64,000 nt of DNA from Podarcis gaigeae (taxonomy: Eukaryota): NCBI GenBank assembly GCA_964106915.2, contig OZ066920.1; one strand, 5' to 3'. This document shows positions 62,261 through 64,000 of this stretch, one piece after another. The position numbers and the translations under genes were made by a program. Numbering within the stretch: position 1 is the stretch's first letter; each line of letters begins with the position of its first letter. The notes under the pieces were generated by a model. The model ran no database searches, had not been told where the DNA came from, and saw only the letters and a list, made by a program, of their open reading frames with translations.

Positions 62261-64000
62261 TGTGATTGAAGTGGTGTGAGGATTTACGGTGGGAGAACTT
62301 GTAGAATCTCCCACTTTTGATTCTCTTCTGCATGCTTATGCTTATTATATATGTGAATACTAGAAGAAAGAGGGAAATTATCACTATTCTAAGCTTTATT
62401 CTATACTCATAGTATAAGTAAAATGTGATATTTGTGGAAAAATCAATATTTTGAATTTTAAAAATTAGATCCACTAGTTTCTGTGGTTGGCTTAGAGTGA
62501 CATGTAAACAGGTTAACATTTCAATCTTAATAATTACTTCATGGTTGAAAGCATTCATGAACATTATTCCTTAGCACAGGGAAAAAATAGTTATGCATCA
62601 GTCATCAGTGTTTCAAATGCTTTTTATCCCAAAGGTCAGACAAGCTTTTGTTTAAGTCTATCTTTGACAAAGCATTACTGTGTTTCTATTCTATGGTACT
62701 ACAGGACATTGATGCAGGTTAAAGTGATGTTCTCAGCAATAATCATCTCCTTAAGCTTCCTTTTCTCAATTTATGCAAGTCCTTGACAATGGTGATAAAA
62801 TAGGCTAGGGAAGGGAGTATGGTTGGAGTGACGAAAGCCTCAGACTACACTCCAGGTGAACAGGTGGATTGCTAGCACTGCATCTGTTTTTCAGTTGCAT
62901 ATGTTTAAATAAATAGCCAAATTTAACAAATGAGTCCTGTTATGAACCTTGTAGTCTGATACAGAAATTCAAGCAAATATTTAAAGAGCTTAGTCTCCAT
63001 TTGTACAATAATGTTAAGCATTTGAGAATATATTCCATATATTAAACATTTTATGCTAAATCCCACTAAGGCTAATATCATTGAATCAGAGTGGATGCAG
63101 CACAGTGCTTTCTGCCTAATCTTGCTGATGCAGATAATCTTTTTCTTGGGACGTGTACCATTGCTGAGTAAAGACCACTTTTAAGCAGTTCTTGTAGAAT
63201 AGACCTTTTGTTCTTAAATTATACTTTTAAGCGGGGTTAAATGATGCCCCATTTATATTTCCAATTTGTGGCATCCACATGTGGCCAGGCACTAGGGTCA
63301 CCAGACACAGTGTACATTTCCAAAGTTAAACCTCATAAATCTCCAGAAATTCCTCACATCTATTATGTTTACCTTCTGCTGCTGATGAGCCTGTTAGGCT
63401 CTGTACTGAGGAAATTACAAGCACTCCAGAAGATTTGGCAAGAAGAAGCTAGGAGAAACAATGAGCAAAAGGGGGGGGGGGGGCTTAACTGAAGCAATCA
63501 CATCCAGTGTTGGCTACCATTTACTTCTCTGAGACTGCAGCTACTAAAATGGATATTCCCCTTAAGCGGGATTGTTTCCTACCTGGTTAGTGCTGGCAAT
63601 GCCAAAAATTAATATAAAAAAATTAATGTAAACTCTTAATACAATTTAAGGAATTTGGCTGAAATTTCATTTGAATATCCCTCACTTTACTATTTTTCAA
63701 ATGAAGAGATACTTTTGTCTAGAAAAATTACCATCTTTGGTCTTATTCTTTATCAATCTATATTAGAAAAAATCTTCCTTTCCTTAATAGATGTTGGGAG
63801 ACTGATGCAACAGTGGTTAACTAGAAAGAAAGGGCCAACAGAAATATTTTATAGCCACTGGAAATTTGCTTATAAGCTAATGCCAAGAGAAAAAGGCATA
63901 CTTTCTAGACAAGTTGTATGTAATGATTGAAAAAACACACATACTCAGTACTTAAAAAAATAAAATAAAAATCCCCTCCTTAATCTATTGAAAAAGCTAA

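Noticed and set aside
63382-63415. CUGAUGA followed by a GCCU/AGGC stem (possible third hammerhead)
   Set aside because: No GAAA directly after the stem and no compatible stems I/III.
1-64000. CRISPR arrays, rRNA, operons or prokaryote-type systems
   Set aside because: The sequence is vertebrate intronic DNA; no regularly spaced direct repeats or gene-dense regions are seen.

Overview
AT-rich vertebrate genomic DNA, almost certainly a squamate reptile and most likely a lacertid lizard. The basis is the repeat complement: Sauria/Squam1 SINEs, a Squam3-like SINE, tRNA-Lys/CR1-tail SINEs, BovB-type RTE, CR1, L2 and Penelope. The window appears to lie inside a large minus-strand gene. Two phase-compatible coding exons (12444-12322 and 1005-872) encode a charged, low-complexity peptide whose gene I cannot name. 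The rest is intron-like sequence with old and young transposon copies, microsatellites, several enhancer-like repeat-free blocks and nine N-gaps. Nearly all listed six-frame ORFs are spurious or transposon relics. The most notable element is a young Penelope-like insertion at 51854-52208: a 149-bp near-perfect inverted repeat flanked by a 12-bp direct repeat, with an intact minimal type I hammerhead ribozyme motif on each strand. An older, decayed copy of the same cassette sits at ~17430-17550. Other points of interest are a perfect 70-bp fold-back inside a Mariner-type MITE, a probable fossil Ty3/Gypsy integrase, NAGNAG acceptors on both exons, and a dispersed ~88-bp TAA-flanked palindromic MITE family. 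All family names are from recognition of sequence, not from database searches.
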